A stretch of DNA of 64,000 nt from Balanoglossus misakiensis. Its lineage: Eukaryota; Animalia; Hemichordata. The DNA is taken from NCBI GenBank assembly GCA_040954595.2, contig CM082590.2, positions 8,184,001-8,248,000 of the forward strand. Reading direction: 5' to 3'. Below, one piece after another: positions 42,001-54,310 of the stretch. Under the pieces are notes generated by a model that was not told the DNA's origin, made no database searches, and saw nothing but the letters and a program-made list of their open reading frames with translations. Position 1 is the stretch's first letter. The number at the start of each line of letters is the position of its first letter. A program made the translations under genes and the position numbers.

Positions 42001-42591
42001 GGCGACTAATATTGACTGGCCAATTACCTTAACGCGCCGTCATCGACGAGTATCCCCTCAACTTGCCATCAGGGATGTACCATTTAATTTCCGGTGGGAA
42101 TTGAATATGTCATTCCACCTGTATTCCTCAAGACATCGCAGGAGCATTTATTGTCCTCCGCACCATCTACCAACACTCCCCCCCCCATATCCTCCAACGA
42201 CCTCCAGAAATGAAATGGTTCTCCCCTTATACAGAAGACTCAACACTTGTTCTGTTGTCGCTCCATTCACGACCGAACAAAGGCAACGAGAGATCAATTT
42301 TCACAAACAAGGTTTTAACTTTTTGTGATTTATAGAAAGGGAAAGTTTACTATTCAACGTCTAACCCGATCGAGACGTTAATTTTCTGAATAATTTCGAA
42401 GTTCCACACGATCTGTAAAACTTTGCTGTTATGTTTCAAACATTGTCGATTTCTGATTGGCGGCCGGAATCTCCTCGATTCTTTAATAACAACTAATATC
42501 TCAGGTGATCGGCACATATATTGCATTTTGCAGTCTGTGGTTGGTGCAGTTGCTTCTAACTCGCTATCGCCGTCAAGAAGTTGCAGCAATA

Positions 42592-43893
42592 ATGCTCAAC
42601 GGTGCAGTAAACAACGATACGTTCGAAGACCCCGATGTCCAAACACCGCCAGAGACATCAGGAAGCCTCGTGCTTTGGGTTCTTGTTGGTACAACATCAG
42701 GAAGCACCGTTCTGATCATCTTCGGTAATCTGTTGGTCGTCGCCGCTGTCTACCGCCAACAGTTGGTGAAGAAGACAGCGACTAACCTCTTCATTGCATC
42801 GGTCTCCATATCCGACCTGGGTGTCGGGATCCTGTACAACCCGTTCGGCCTGGCCAGAATCTTCAATTCCGAAGCTCTCGCCGAGGTAATTTTTTGCAAA
42901 ACCGGCACCGTTCTGTCATGGACCTTCATCAACTCAACCATCTTCTCGCTCCTCTGCATCGCCATCGACCGCTACCGCGCCATCGTCACGCCGACGAAGC
43001 GAAAGATTACCATCAAGCAGGCCTGGGGGATGATCGTTCTGGCGTGGGTTACATCGTTCGCGTTATCCAGCAACTACATACCCACCACCGGCATTGTCTC
43101 GAAGACTGCATCAGTTGGTGGACAGAATGTCACCAAGAGAAGCTGTCAGTACTTGGAAGTCCAGTACGACATATGCACAACCGTGATTGCAGAGTTTGTA
43201 TTCACGTATTTCTTGCCTTTGCTGATCATATGCGCGCTGTACGCCAAGATGATCGCTGTGTTGTACTTCGGAAACTCGCCGAACGACGAGTCCCGCCGAC
43301 GAAAGCGGCGCGCAGTCAGAATGCTGGTGGTGGTGGTTGTCATGTTTGCCGTAGGCTGGTGTCCGCTGCGCGTTCGACGCGTGCTGTTCTACTGTCAAGA
43401 GGGCCTCATATCCAGATCAACCTACAGCATTCTTCAACTATTCACTGCCCCGCTTGCCATCGCGAACAGCTGGATCAACCCCGTCATCTACGCCATTTTC
43501 GGCAGCAACTTCCGCCGGGAGTTCATCAGTATCTTGACTTGCTCGTCACAGCGCGACGACGCCCAGGCAACCGGGAAGGCTGAAAAGAAACAGCGCGAGC
43601 CCAAGCAGGAACGACGCACGATCGGAGAAGAACTGAAACGCATTTCATCCAAACCGTCGGATACACCAACTGCAGACCCCGAAGAAGAACAACGCAATCC
43701 CTCAGAAGACCGAGGACCAATTTCACCAAAACCGACATCTTCAACACCAACTGCAGACCAGGAGAAGAACGTCACACACCCAAAAGAAGTCGCCACTCAA
43801 ACCGAAGCAACCGACCGCATCGACTCTGGCGGGTGCTACGAGAACGCTGCATTCGATGCCGCAGCAGAAACCCCAAGTAATCTCACCACTTAA
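42592..43893 (+). CDS. Rhodopsin-class (class A) orphan GPCR, paralogue 1, intronless
   Basis: 7TM with GNLLV, TNLFIASVSISD, CIAIDRY, GWCP and NSWINPVIY. ATG at 42592 (MLNGAVNND) aligns with the starts of the paralogues; the ORF-track start at 42505 is a GTG. Confidence 0.92.
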   Translation: MLNGAVNNDTFEDPDVQTPPETSGSLVLWVLVGTTSGSTVLIIFGNLLVVAAVYRQQLVKKTATNLFIASVSISDLGVGILYNPFGLARIFNSEALAEVIFCKTGTVLSWTFINSTIFSLLCIAIDRYRAIVTPTKRKITIKQAWGMIVLAWVTSFALSSNYIPTTGIVSKTASVGGQNVTKRSCQYLEVQYDICTTVIAEFVFTYFLPLLIICALYAKMIAVLYFGNSPNDESRRRKRRAVRMLVVVVVMFAVGWCPLRVRRVLFYCQEGLISRSTYSILQLFTAPLAIANSWINPVIYAIFGSNFRREFISILTCSSQRDDAQATGKAEKKQREPKQERRTIGEELKRISSKPSDTPTADPEEEQRNPSEDRGPISPKPTSSTPTADQEKNVTHPKEVATQTEATDRIDSGGCYENAAFDAAAETPSNLTT

Positions 43894-44132
43894 CAGAATT
43901 CTCGTCCAGATGAACCCAGACGAGTTTGAATTCTTAAATAACCGTTTTCAAATGGTACGTGTATGTAGTTACCAATTGCTTTCTGTGTCATAACAGTGTG
44001 ATATTCAGTACAATATACTTTCTTAATGACTGTTCTATATGTATAATTTGACCCATATGGATGTATCACTACTGCGTCCGCGACAATAATGGAAAAACAG
44101 CGAAACATTCACAAGATATTTTCCTTACGTGG

Positions 44133-44326
44133 TTAAAGGTATACGGTCACCTATGGAAAATTAGCTACAGTTGCCATGGCAAATGGAGATCTAGCCAATC
44201 ACAGAATTTCAGTGGGTGGCACACGCGAAAATAAGAGCGCTACCATCATGTTCTTTAGAACACTCAAATACGCCATTTCAGCCATATATGGTCGTATGTA
44301 AATTGGAGGTGACTGTATACCTTTAA
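44133..44326. mobile_element. Kolobok-like MITE copy (inverted), 3' of GPCR 1
   Basis: TTAAAGGTATACGGTCACCT...AGGTGACTGTATACCTTTAA; the interior is the reverse complement of 7087-7278. Confidence 0.75.
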
Positions 44327-45701
44327 AATGTCTCTTACACGTTTCTTAGATCACACGTCACGTAGTATTCAGTATTTTGCCTTGTATAGGACAGAATGAT
44401 TTATTTATTCTACAAACCGATATAAGAATACCTGGGCGACTTCAGAAAGGAGACGAAGGATTTTAATACATTTTCTACAGCACTAAGAAGAACCAGAGAA
44501 ACTGTATATTATCTTGTATGTTTAGATGGATCTTACGCGTTTCTTGTAATTTCGTCGTTCCTTTGGTGTTGCGTTCCCTTCTAAAGCATAGATTTAACTT
44601 TTTGCCACACCGACGTTTCTACGTATGTCTGGGCGAGTTCAGAAAGGAGACGAGATAGATAATGCCCGTGAGTCAAACGGCGGTAATCTTTTTACAAAAT
44701 ACTCGTCTGTACACCGCACTACACCCTGAGCGATTATGCAAAGCAAGCGCCTTATCTGAATCAACCACACAACAAATCCGCATCTACTGCAAGATTAGCC
44801 AGAAACAAACCCGAACAGACCTTTTCAGAAACGTGGGCTTTGAAGGTGATTGTGTAGAGAAACGTATAGTCTGAAAATGATCCTGTTCAAATCGTCTACT
44901 TTTCTCCACTGCACCAACTAAGACCGGTGTATACCACATGAACACAATTATTTCACAGAAACGAGTGTACTACTGACCGCAGAGGTCATCCTGGATTCCC
45001 TATTTCAAAAATATATATATATATAAATTTTACTTGTAATTGTAATTACAGAATTGTCTCTTATTATAGTGTTGATGTGAAAAGATGAATTTGCGGTACA
45101 TTTTATGTACAGCGCTTATCAATACTTTAATTGTGGAATCTGCTTTAGAAAATAAATGTTTTAAATGTCAATGACCAATTTTACTTGTTAAATTACAGTT
45201 TCTTGACAAACTGCCAACCGATTGTGCAAACAAATGTTCCAGAAATACGGTCATACTGCCTGACGACGTCACGCAGTAGGCACACCATTTTGTCTCTAGC
45301 AAATTATTCCCATCATCGCCGACTCAACATGCAGAAGCCTCCTATTAAACCAAATAGTCCTATCACGCCAGCGGGCGACTATTATTGAATAACCGATTAC
45401 CCTGACGACACCCGGAGCCGCATCACACCACCATCGGCAAGTATCGCCTCAACTTCTCATTATACTCGAGTCGGCAGCTCAAAACACTTGTTGCCTTGTC
45501 TCTCCAGAACAATGCAACAAAGGTAACGAGGGAAATAAAACGTCTATGCCAGGGCTTTCAACAGAATTCACCAATTTTTTTCCACGAAGCCCTCGAACTA
45601 TGAACATTTTAAAATGTTTATCACCTTGGATGCTTTGTATGTAGTCAACTAGTAATTCTAAAGCCATCATCGCTGTCAAGAAAGTCTACGAAGTTGCCGC
45701 A

Positions 45702-46130
45702 ATGTTGTTCAGCGGTGCAGTAAACAACCATACGTTTGAAAACCTCGATGTCCAAACGCTGAGAGAAACATCAGATCTCGCAAACTGGATGATTTTTGGT
45801 ACAACTCCTGTCAGGTTATCCGTCATCGTCGCCGTTTTTTCGCCACCAAAAGTTGAAGAAGTCTGCCACCAACCTCGTTATCACCTTAGTCTCTAGGCTA
45901 TATCTGACATCAGAGTTAGGGTCTTGTTCTTGAGCAAGATTAACCAGTAAAACCCCCGAAACAGTCATTTTCTTATTAGAAAAGTGGGAATTGAAGTGAT
46001 TGTGTACAGAGACGTAAAATCTGAAAACAGAAGTAACCGATGGCATCGACTGTGGTGGGGTGGTACGAGAACGCTGTATACAATACCGTAGAAGAAATTT
46101 AAACCCAAGTAATTTCGCGACGTGATGACT
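45702..46130 (+). pseudogene. GPCR pseudogene with frameshifts and about 1 kb internal deletion
   Basis: MLFSGAVNNHTFENLDVQT matches the paralogue N-terminus. The KKSATNL segment is out of frame, then the sequence jumps to a decayed C-terminus (GCATCGACTGTGGTGGG...TACGAGAACGCTG...ACCCAAGTAATTTC). Upstream and downstream flanks are also paralogous. Confidence 0.85.
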
Positions 46131-47443
46131 AAAAGAGTGGTTGTTTTGATGAACTCAAACGAGTTTGAATTCTGAATATTTTTTTTAAAAAGTGCGTGTA
46201 GTTGAACCAAGCCTGCTGTCGTCAACTCTGATCAGTGACAGCGTGATAAATGTTTTCAGTGGAACGAACTTTCTTAGTAAATGTCCAATATATATAATAT
46301 TTGTTCCTTTATCATTTCGAAGAGCGTAAGTATTTTAGTGTTTAACTGTGACTAAAATACCGCCATAAGGGAACTTTCGCCAGACGATTGCTGTTTGTTA
46401 CTGTCAGTTATCTGATAATAACGCTGCAGGGTACCTTTCACAAGATTTCTAAGAATACCCGGGCGACTTAAGAAAGGAGACGAGATTTCAATGATGTCCA
46501 TAACAAAAACAGCAAACAATATGTTATTCTTAGATGTTTAGATGTATCTTACATATTTCTTGTCGTCTGTCGTTCTTTTGCCTTGTGCTATGTGCCAACT
46601 GATATTTCTAAGAATGCTGGGCCGACTTCAGAAAGGAGACGAAAGATTTCAATACATTGTCCACAACGCTAAAAAGCAAACAGCCAAACTACATCTCCTG
46701 TAGTTTTGTTCCTTTGACCAAAGTGCCTTCTATCGATTTAACGATGGGGCCCTCTGGCGTTTTTAGAAAATACCCGAGCGACTAGATGGAAGAACACGAA
46801 AGATTTCAATATATCTTCTACAAAACTGCATATTTATCTTACATGATCATGTTTAGATGAATCTTACATATCTCTTGCAGTTTCTCGTTCCTTTGACCAG
46901 TCTGTTGTCCTTCTACCGATTGAATGATTGGGCCCACTGACATTGCTACGAATACCCAGATGACTTCAGAAAGATGATGAAAGATTTAGCGCAGTAATCC
47001 GAAATGACAAAGTCCCCGTTGATAACACTCTTTTGATAACTAATTTGGGGTTTTAAAATATGCAGTAATAACACTAAAGTAAGACACAGAAACAACAAGC
47101 AAAGTCAAATTGAGCTTTCGTTTTTATTTTCATTTCTTTCCGAGAGTGTGACATTTCACCAAGTGTGCTCTTGTTAAATTTCCAAATCAGACATCGCCCA
47201 TTAAAATCATCTGAAATCATTTTAATATTCTCCATATTGGCTTTTCTACATTGCTGAAAACATGTATTGCATCTATGTAAAACGAAAAGCCAAAAATACT
47301 TCAGAAAATGAAATGCTGCCATGGAAACACATGATTTTCCATTCTATTGGTTGTGACCCCTAACTTGACTACATGACCTTTGACCCAAGCCAATGATCTC
47401 TGTACGACCACGGCATGACCCTGTTGCTAGGCGTGGTCCATTG

Positions 47444-49018
47444 CTACGACCGCCACGCGGCGAGGACAGCGAGAGCAAACAGCAGGCTGACGGCGATGAG
47501 GGCGATCGTGGACGTCGAGTTGAACATGTAGCGGTACTGCCACCGTAGATACCACACAGACAGCAGAATGAATCCGAACAGCGGGACCATGAATCGTCCG
47601 AGATCGATGTCCGCGTTCTGGACGTCCGAGGGTTCCACTTGCGGCGAAACTGCATGCGATATGTGACAGTGTAAAACGCTATTATCGTTAATGTTAGAAT
47701 CCAACAACGTCTGATTATCGTCCCGTAGCAACTGACCGTTAAATATAAATCGGACCGTCCTGCCTGCGAGGATTTCCTGGGCAAATTTTTCCCTGTTGAG
47801 GAAAAAGAGAGGAAATATAAAGATTAAGCAAAGTCTTCTGAAGCTACAACACAAATCTTTTTGGTCAACACCAGTGGATTATACACTAAAAATCAGAATT
47901 AAATTTCACATCCCAGCCTAACCCCAAGTTAACTTTTTTGACACGTCATTAGCATATGTCTACATGAATTGAAAGTAGCGTCAATGACACTGTGCTTCCA
48001 TTTGTTTATTGCACTCATGCATAATGCAAAATCAATAAAGAATGATTTAATGTATGACTGTGGTAGCTCAGTGTGAGCTAAGATGGCGAGAATTATACAT
48101 TGGGCTGTTACTGACATACCTTCTAAATTGCCCTAGTGTATCCTGCGGTCTCGCAAACACCATCCTCTCACTTTCGTTCAGGAATTTCAACCTGACTCGC
48201 ATGTGGCCGGCCGGGACTTCATCCTGGACGCGAGCGTCACCTTCTTCCCCGACGTCTGCTCCTTGTTCCCGCGATTCGTGGCGGGGTGCTTGGTCGTCGT
48301 TTCTGTCAGAACTGTCGGGTTCGTCTTGTTCCGAGGTGTCCGTCTCCATACTTCTTTCTGTTGCAGACACGTCACTTACATCATTTTCATTTTCTGCGGC
48401 AACGCCACTACTTCCTGTATCGGTCCTCGTTAACAAATCACTATTATTTTGACTTGCATTGTCATTAACAGGTATTTCCTGATTTTCGTTTCTACACACT
48501 AGTCCCCCTGTCCTTCTGTTCCTTAATTCAGTGCCTATATGTTCGTCCGGAGTCCGTGCTGTACTTTCGTCATCCGCGACAGCACCGATTATTTCCACGT
48601 CTCCCTCTGAAGATATATTTCCTGCAGTTTCTATGGTGATTTTCTGCGTGCTGACGTTTTGTGTCGTGTCAGCGGTTTCCTGTTGGTCACCCAACACATG
48701 GTGGCGCTCTTCGTGTGTATTTTCTGTGACGTCCTCTGTAGTCTGACTGTCTTCACTTGGTGTGGAATCGCTCGCGTTTCTGTCGTCACCGTCTGTAGTC
48801 TCTGTTGACCTCTCATCAGCTTCTGTACCGCCTTGCTGCGTGTCGTGCTCGTTCTGCCGCTGTCGTCTTGACGACCGACTACTCCGTCGGATAATATGCA
48901 CATGCAGTGGCCTCTCCCCGACAAACGTCGACCACCAGGCGATCAAAAAGGTCATGACCAGTGTCATGACAACAGCTGCTACGGTAACTTCATCGCCTAT
49001 TCCTTCGATGAGTGGCAT
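47444..49018 (-). CDS. TMUB1: Transmembrane and ubiquitin-like domain-containing protein (TMUB1/2)
   Basis: Exons 48120-49018 and 47444-47792. N-terminus MPLIEGIGDEV...AWWST, UBL domain RLKFLNESER...VRFIFNGQLLRDD..TL...I.DNSVLHCHIS, and C-terminal TMs (LWYLRWQYRYMF-like). A probable non-coding first exon ends at 49755, with an acceptor at 49052. The symbol denotes the TMUB1/2 pro-orthologue. Confidence 0.9.
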
Positions 49019-49754
49019 TTTCAGGTCATGTATAGAGCACCTAGTGTAAAGTCTGGATAAAACAAAAGATATGGTGTGAATTAGACAGACCTGAAGCCAT
49101 TGGTCAGATAGTTGATGACATCACATTACCAATTCATCGATATGGAAATTAATGGAGAATTAATCACTTTGAGTGAATTACGTGGGAGTTATTTTGATTG
49201 AATTTGACAATAAATTATCTTCCTTGATATCAACTTATTAATCACTGGTATCATGTTACCATGGTAACATTGTAATCCTGTATTAAGTTGGAGATAGTCA
49301 TTTAATTTACATGTAGAGCTTAGCCACCCCATTGTTAATTGTCTATGTGCAATCAGCAATAATTTCACTGTGTATATTCCATTGGGGTACACCTCCATGG
49401 GGGTAGTGTCAAACGACCCCTCCCGTGGAGAGATACATAGGGGTAATTTGTCCCTGGGGGGGGGGGGCATTGACATTTTGCATTGATTTATATTGTCCCA
49501 GTGATCTGCTCCTGTGTATTTGTGTTAGTTTGAAGATCCACGTTACAATATTGAATTCTAAACATGCTATGAAACCAGGAGACACTGATATCCCTGTACA
49601 TCCTCAGAGGGTACAGTTAAAATAACACAGCCAAGCAGACAACTATCCATTCGTCCAAATATCCACAAGACTATCTTTATTATCTCAGACAGTGCGGTAA
49701 ATCAATCTTGTTAAGTTTTAAAGAAATATAATACATACGATAAGGTACACTTAC

Positions 49755-49850
49755 CTTGTATGTATATTTCTGGTGAAAATTATTAACCGGAAATTGATGT
49801 GTCTGTTTGTTCGTCACATCTCAACTCAAGATTTTCCAAAATGGCCGGCG
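49755..49850. promoter_or_regulatory. Very compact bidirectional promoter, TMUB/ATP6V1F
   Basis: Minus-strand donor (AAG|GTAAGT) at 49754 lies less than 90 bp from the ATP6V1F ATG. ETS-type CCGGAA at about 49788 and YY1-type AAAATGGC overlapping the ATG. Confidence 0.6.
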
Positions 49851-52542
49851 CTAGAGGAAGACTTATCGCTGTTATCGGCGACGAGGTGAGTATTAGAGAA
49901 TTATTTCGTTATTAACTTAGTATGATAAGAAAATGACACCGTTAGAGACACGTCATGATTCCCGCTTCGGAAAAAGTGGCTATTTTTTGTTAATGTTCGC
50001 GTCGCTGGAATTTGTACGTATTATATTGTTGGGGTTCCAATCCAATATTCGAATCAAAGGTTGATGAACAACTTGATAAAAGATGATAGCCTTTCGGTCA
50101 CCGGTCAAAGCTTTGCTGCAGACCCGTAGACCCACTCTCCCTGGCGGTTGGGCTCTGCTAGCTACAGTTCGTGTATCATAGCTCGAAGTTTTGCCTGGTT
50201 ACTAAGGGTTGGCATCGAGCTATGGTAATGATTACAGCTAAGGGTCAGTGCCTCATCTTATGATCTGTTACTAAAAATCACATGACATCTTTCAGATGAA
50301 TCTGTACAATGTACTCTTGTGGATTTAATAGTTGCCATTATTGACGTACGAGAGAAACCATCACATCGAATTACTAGTAATTATAAACCTGGAAAGATCT
50401 ATATCCTGATATTTTGAAGGGAGAAATATGAACATTGTAAAAGCTAGGGGTTAAATTGTCTATGGCATAAATTGTCTTTATAAACCATTTACCGACTTTT
50501 TTACAATTAAAAGTTCAACTCCAAGGAGTGAAATTATATCTTGGTGTTTATTTATAAGGCTATCAGTATTATTACAGTTCAGTTGTTTCCTCGGCAAAGC
50601 AATGTATACTGATTGGACCAGCATATTATACAACTTGTGTATAAAAATAGTACCAAGTAACTGTAATATTTACATGTACTATTGTTTCTGTATGTACAAT
50701 TTAAATGTTTAAATTTAATTGAAAATAGTTCAATATAATCTGCTCAGAGCCTTGGATGAATAGTTGTATTTTTGTTCAATTATAATATTCACTGAACCCT
50801 TTTAAGAGTTGCAACGCAGTAATTGGAATTGATAGTGACTGAATTAATAACCCATATACATAGTGCCTTGATGTAGGTGATAGGTCAGTGTGTGTTAATG
50901 GATAACATGTGGACTATAGAGAATAGAGGTGAACTGTGCTTGGTGGTTGCCAAATTAACACATAATATCCCTGTATCGACTTTTTCATTATCTACTCAGT
51001 GTTGTAAGTCATAGGGGCTAGCTTTCGTTCCAGTATTTATTCTTAACCCTTTCACCCCCAGTTCCCTCTTTAGAGGTCCAACCTTACCATAGAAAACAAT
51101 GGGTTTGGACTGAACCATAGTGATGAAGGGGTCTCCCAATGAGCGGAAAATCACTAAAAACTTCATCACTCTATTTTTCCAGGATACATGCACAGGATTC
51201 CTACTAGGAGGTGTTGGAGAACTCAACAAAAGCCGGCAACCGAATTTCATGGTTGTTGAAAAAGGTAAGCATTTTACTTTTTAATACACTGTAAGTTAGC
51301 CATTGTTTGAATTTGTGGATAAACAAAGACTATAAAAAACATTAATTAATTTTCAATGGGATTAACCCTTTCACCCCAGTTTCCTCTTTAGAGGTCCAAC
51401 CTTACCATAGAAAACAATGGGTTTGGACTGAACCATTGTGATGAAAGGGTTAATTTCACTGTTTTATGTTTTTGGCTCATTGACTGCGTGTTGAATTCTC
51501 TGATTTTGAATTACATGTATATCACAAGACTTCTATTCTCAATAAGTTTTAAGATTGTAAGGTTATGATTGCGTGTATTAAAATCGTTTGTCGTCTTCAT
51601 TTCCCAGATACCAGCATTACTGAAATAGAAGAATGTTTCAAGCGATTCATTCAGCGGAATGATATTGCGATCATCCTCATCAACCAGAATGTGGCAGAGT
51701 TGATCCGACATGTCATAGAAACCCACCAGGAACCCATTCCGGCGCTGCTGGAAATTCCGTCAAAGGATAGTCCTTATGATCCCAGCCGTGATTCCATTCT
51801 CAGACGAGCTAAGGTAACTTTCATCCCTTTTTAAATGTATAGAGGTCAAACTGTGTCATACAAAACAATGGCTTTGGACTGAACCATGGTGTTGAAAGGG
51901 TCAAAGCTGTACTATTTTTCAGAGACAGGCTTTAACCCTTTCACCCCCACTTCCCTGTATAGAGGTCCAACTGTACCATAGAAAACAAGGGCTTTGGACT
52001 GAACCATGGTGGTGAAAGGGTCAAAGCTGTACTATTTGTAACTTTGAGCTATTTTTCAGTATTTATTCTGTGTATCAAAAACCGTTTCTTATATGTCGCC
52101 CTGAGACAGGCTTTAACCCTTTCACCCCCAGTTCCCTCTATAGAGGTCCAACTTTACTGTAGAAAACAATAGATTAGGATGAAACCATGGTGGTGAAGGG
52201 GTTAAATGCATAGTGTATATTCCCAACAAAGCATGTGTGTGCATTATCGAAATTGTTTTTGGTTGAAAACTGTATTAAAGTCTGTACATGTGTTTGTCAA
52301 CAATAATGATGGCAAGGTACATATACACATGACTTTGTGACAAGCAGAAAATTTGGTGTGTTGGGGTACTATAGGGAAGAGAAACGATAATATTGTTGAT
52401 AAACAAAGCAAAAATACTAAAAGAACAACCAGAACTTACAGATATGGCCCTTTAATTTATCTAATGAAAGAAAAAACAATAAATATTGTTTTTGTTTATT
52501 TTCTCTTTGCAGGGAATGTTTTCAGCTGAAGATTTCAGATAA
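49841..52542 (+). CDS. ATP6V1F: V-type proton ATPase subunit F, 120 aa
   Basis: Exons 49841-49885, 51183-51264, 51608-51813 and 52513-52542 total 363 nt. Reads [31 protein letters not shown]...[17 protein letters not shown]...[32 protein letters not shown]. Confidence 0.97.
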
Positions 52543-54310
52543 TAATCGCCCGGTTTCGACTGCCCTGTGTGTTTGGAAGAAAATAAATATTGCAATCAGA
52601 CAACTCATTGTCATACTACTAGAAAGGTTCTTATTTGTAGAGTATATCATTCCAAATGGGGAAAATGTATAAAGTTGTTAAGGGTGAATTTTCTGAAGTG
52701 TTAGTCTGATCATGTTAGAAGTTTTTCATTTGGCCAACCAAATGAAAATCACTGATTGGTGGGATCTCTAGTTTCCATGGTACATGTAAATCCTATTTCT
52801 GATATTTTGCAATTTTGATTTCGACTGTAGATATTGGTGATATGCCTCTCAAAACAATCTTATGAAGAGATTTTAGAATGTGTGTGTTGTTCATATTACA
52901 TACAATCATGTAATGTTTGTTTGTTTATTATTTCAAGTAAAGACATGAAAACCCTGTCTTTGTATATTGTAACCTTTGTCAAATATAGATCATTATATAC
53001 ATGAGTCTTCTTGTTCTTGTGATATTCTACTTTGAATGGTCAAACTTGTGGCTACCTATATGTAGTGGAAACTTGTCTATAGTGGCCACTTTGTAACAGT
53101 CCCTGTGCAATTTACATGTGCATTAATTGACCTGTGTATAAAGGCTACATGTCTATATACTGGGCAAATTTGACTGACCATGGTTTCGTCCAAATCAATT
53201 GTTTTCTATGGTTAAGTTGGACCTTTAAAGATGGAACTGGGGGTGAAAGGGTTAAAGATGCCTCACATGATATTAGTACATGTACATGTATGTACATTTT
53301 ATAATCAATTCACCGCCTGATGGCGTACTGTGGGAGCATAGGATTGATTCATCGCCTGAGGGCGTATTGTAGGAGCATAGGATTTATTCACCGCCTGAGG
53401 GCATACTGTAGGGGCAAGCCAATATGTACAACATGCAATCAACTGGTCGTCACTAATACTTTTTGTAATAGAAATCTTGGTGATGTCGGTTTATTTTGAG
53501 CTTTGAACTATCCCATAGGCCAATACATGTATATGCATAATGTGATTTGAATCGGCAAGAAACAACAAACACGTTCATTTCAACAGACATCTGCCATTTA
53601 TTCATTAGTTACAACATTAAAATGGTACATGTTGGCGAGAAATATACAAATCACAACAAAATCGTTTTCTATTGTAAAGTTGGACCTCTACAGAGCGAAC
53701 TGGGGGTGAAAGTGTCAAAAGCAAACATAGACTGTGGTCAAAGGAACGACAGACTTCATGAGATATGTAAGATACATCTAATATAAACATCTAAGATAAA
53801 AATACAGTTTCTCTGTTCGCCTATTTGTTGTAGGCAGTATTGAAAAGTTTCGTCTCCTTGCTGAAGTACTTCTCGCCCGGGTATTCTTCGAGATATCAGC
53901 GTGCCCAAGGCATTGCATATTCGCGTGATCAAAGGAATTGCAAAATATTACAAGATAAATTTATCAGCCATCTAAACACATAAGAAGATATATAAGTTGT
54001 GAATATTTCGCTGTTTGTTAACGTTCATCATTGTGGCTTTATGACACAAATCTGACAAAAGTCACAGTATCTTACACACAATCAAGTTGAACACTAAAAT
54101 ACATCTATTCTTCGAAATGATTAAGCAACAAATATTATATATGTATATATTAGTCATTAGGAAAGTCAATAATACTTATAAACATTAATTACACTGTCAA
54201 TGATCAGAATAAAACGGTTGACGACTGCAGACTACTTTCAACAATATTTTGTAATACGGTTTATTACTCGTCTGGGTTCGTCTTGACGAGAGTTCTGTTA
54301 AGTGGTGAGA

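Noticed and set aside
42894-43583. 229-aa alternative-frame ORF and antisense ORFs over the GPCRs
   Set aside because: By-products of GC-rich codon usage; the long +1 frame is not kept at full length in the paralogues.
42505-43893. GPCRs as opsins or aminergic receptors
   Set aside because: Position 7.43 is Ile/Met/Phe rather than the retinal-binding Lys, and TM3 lacks the aminergic Asp.
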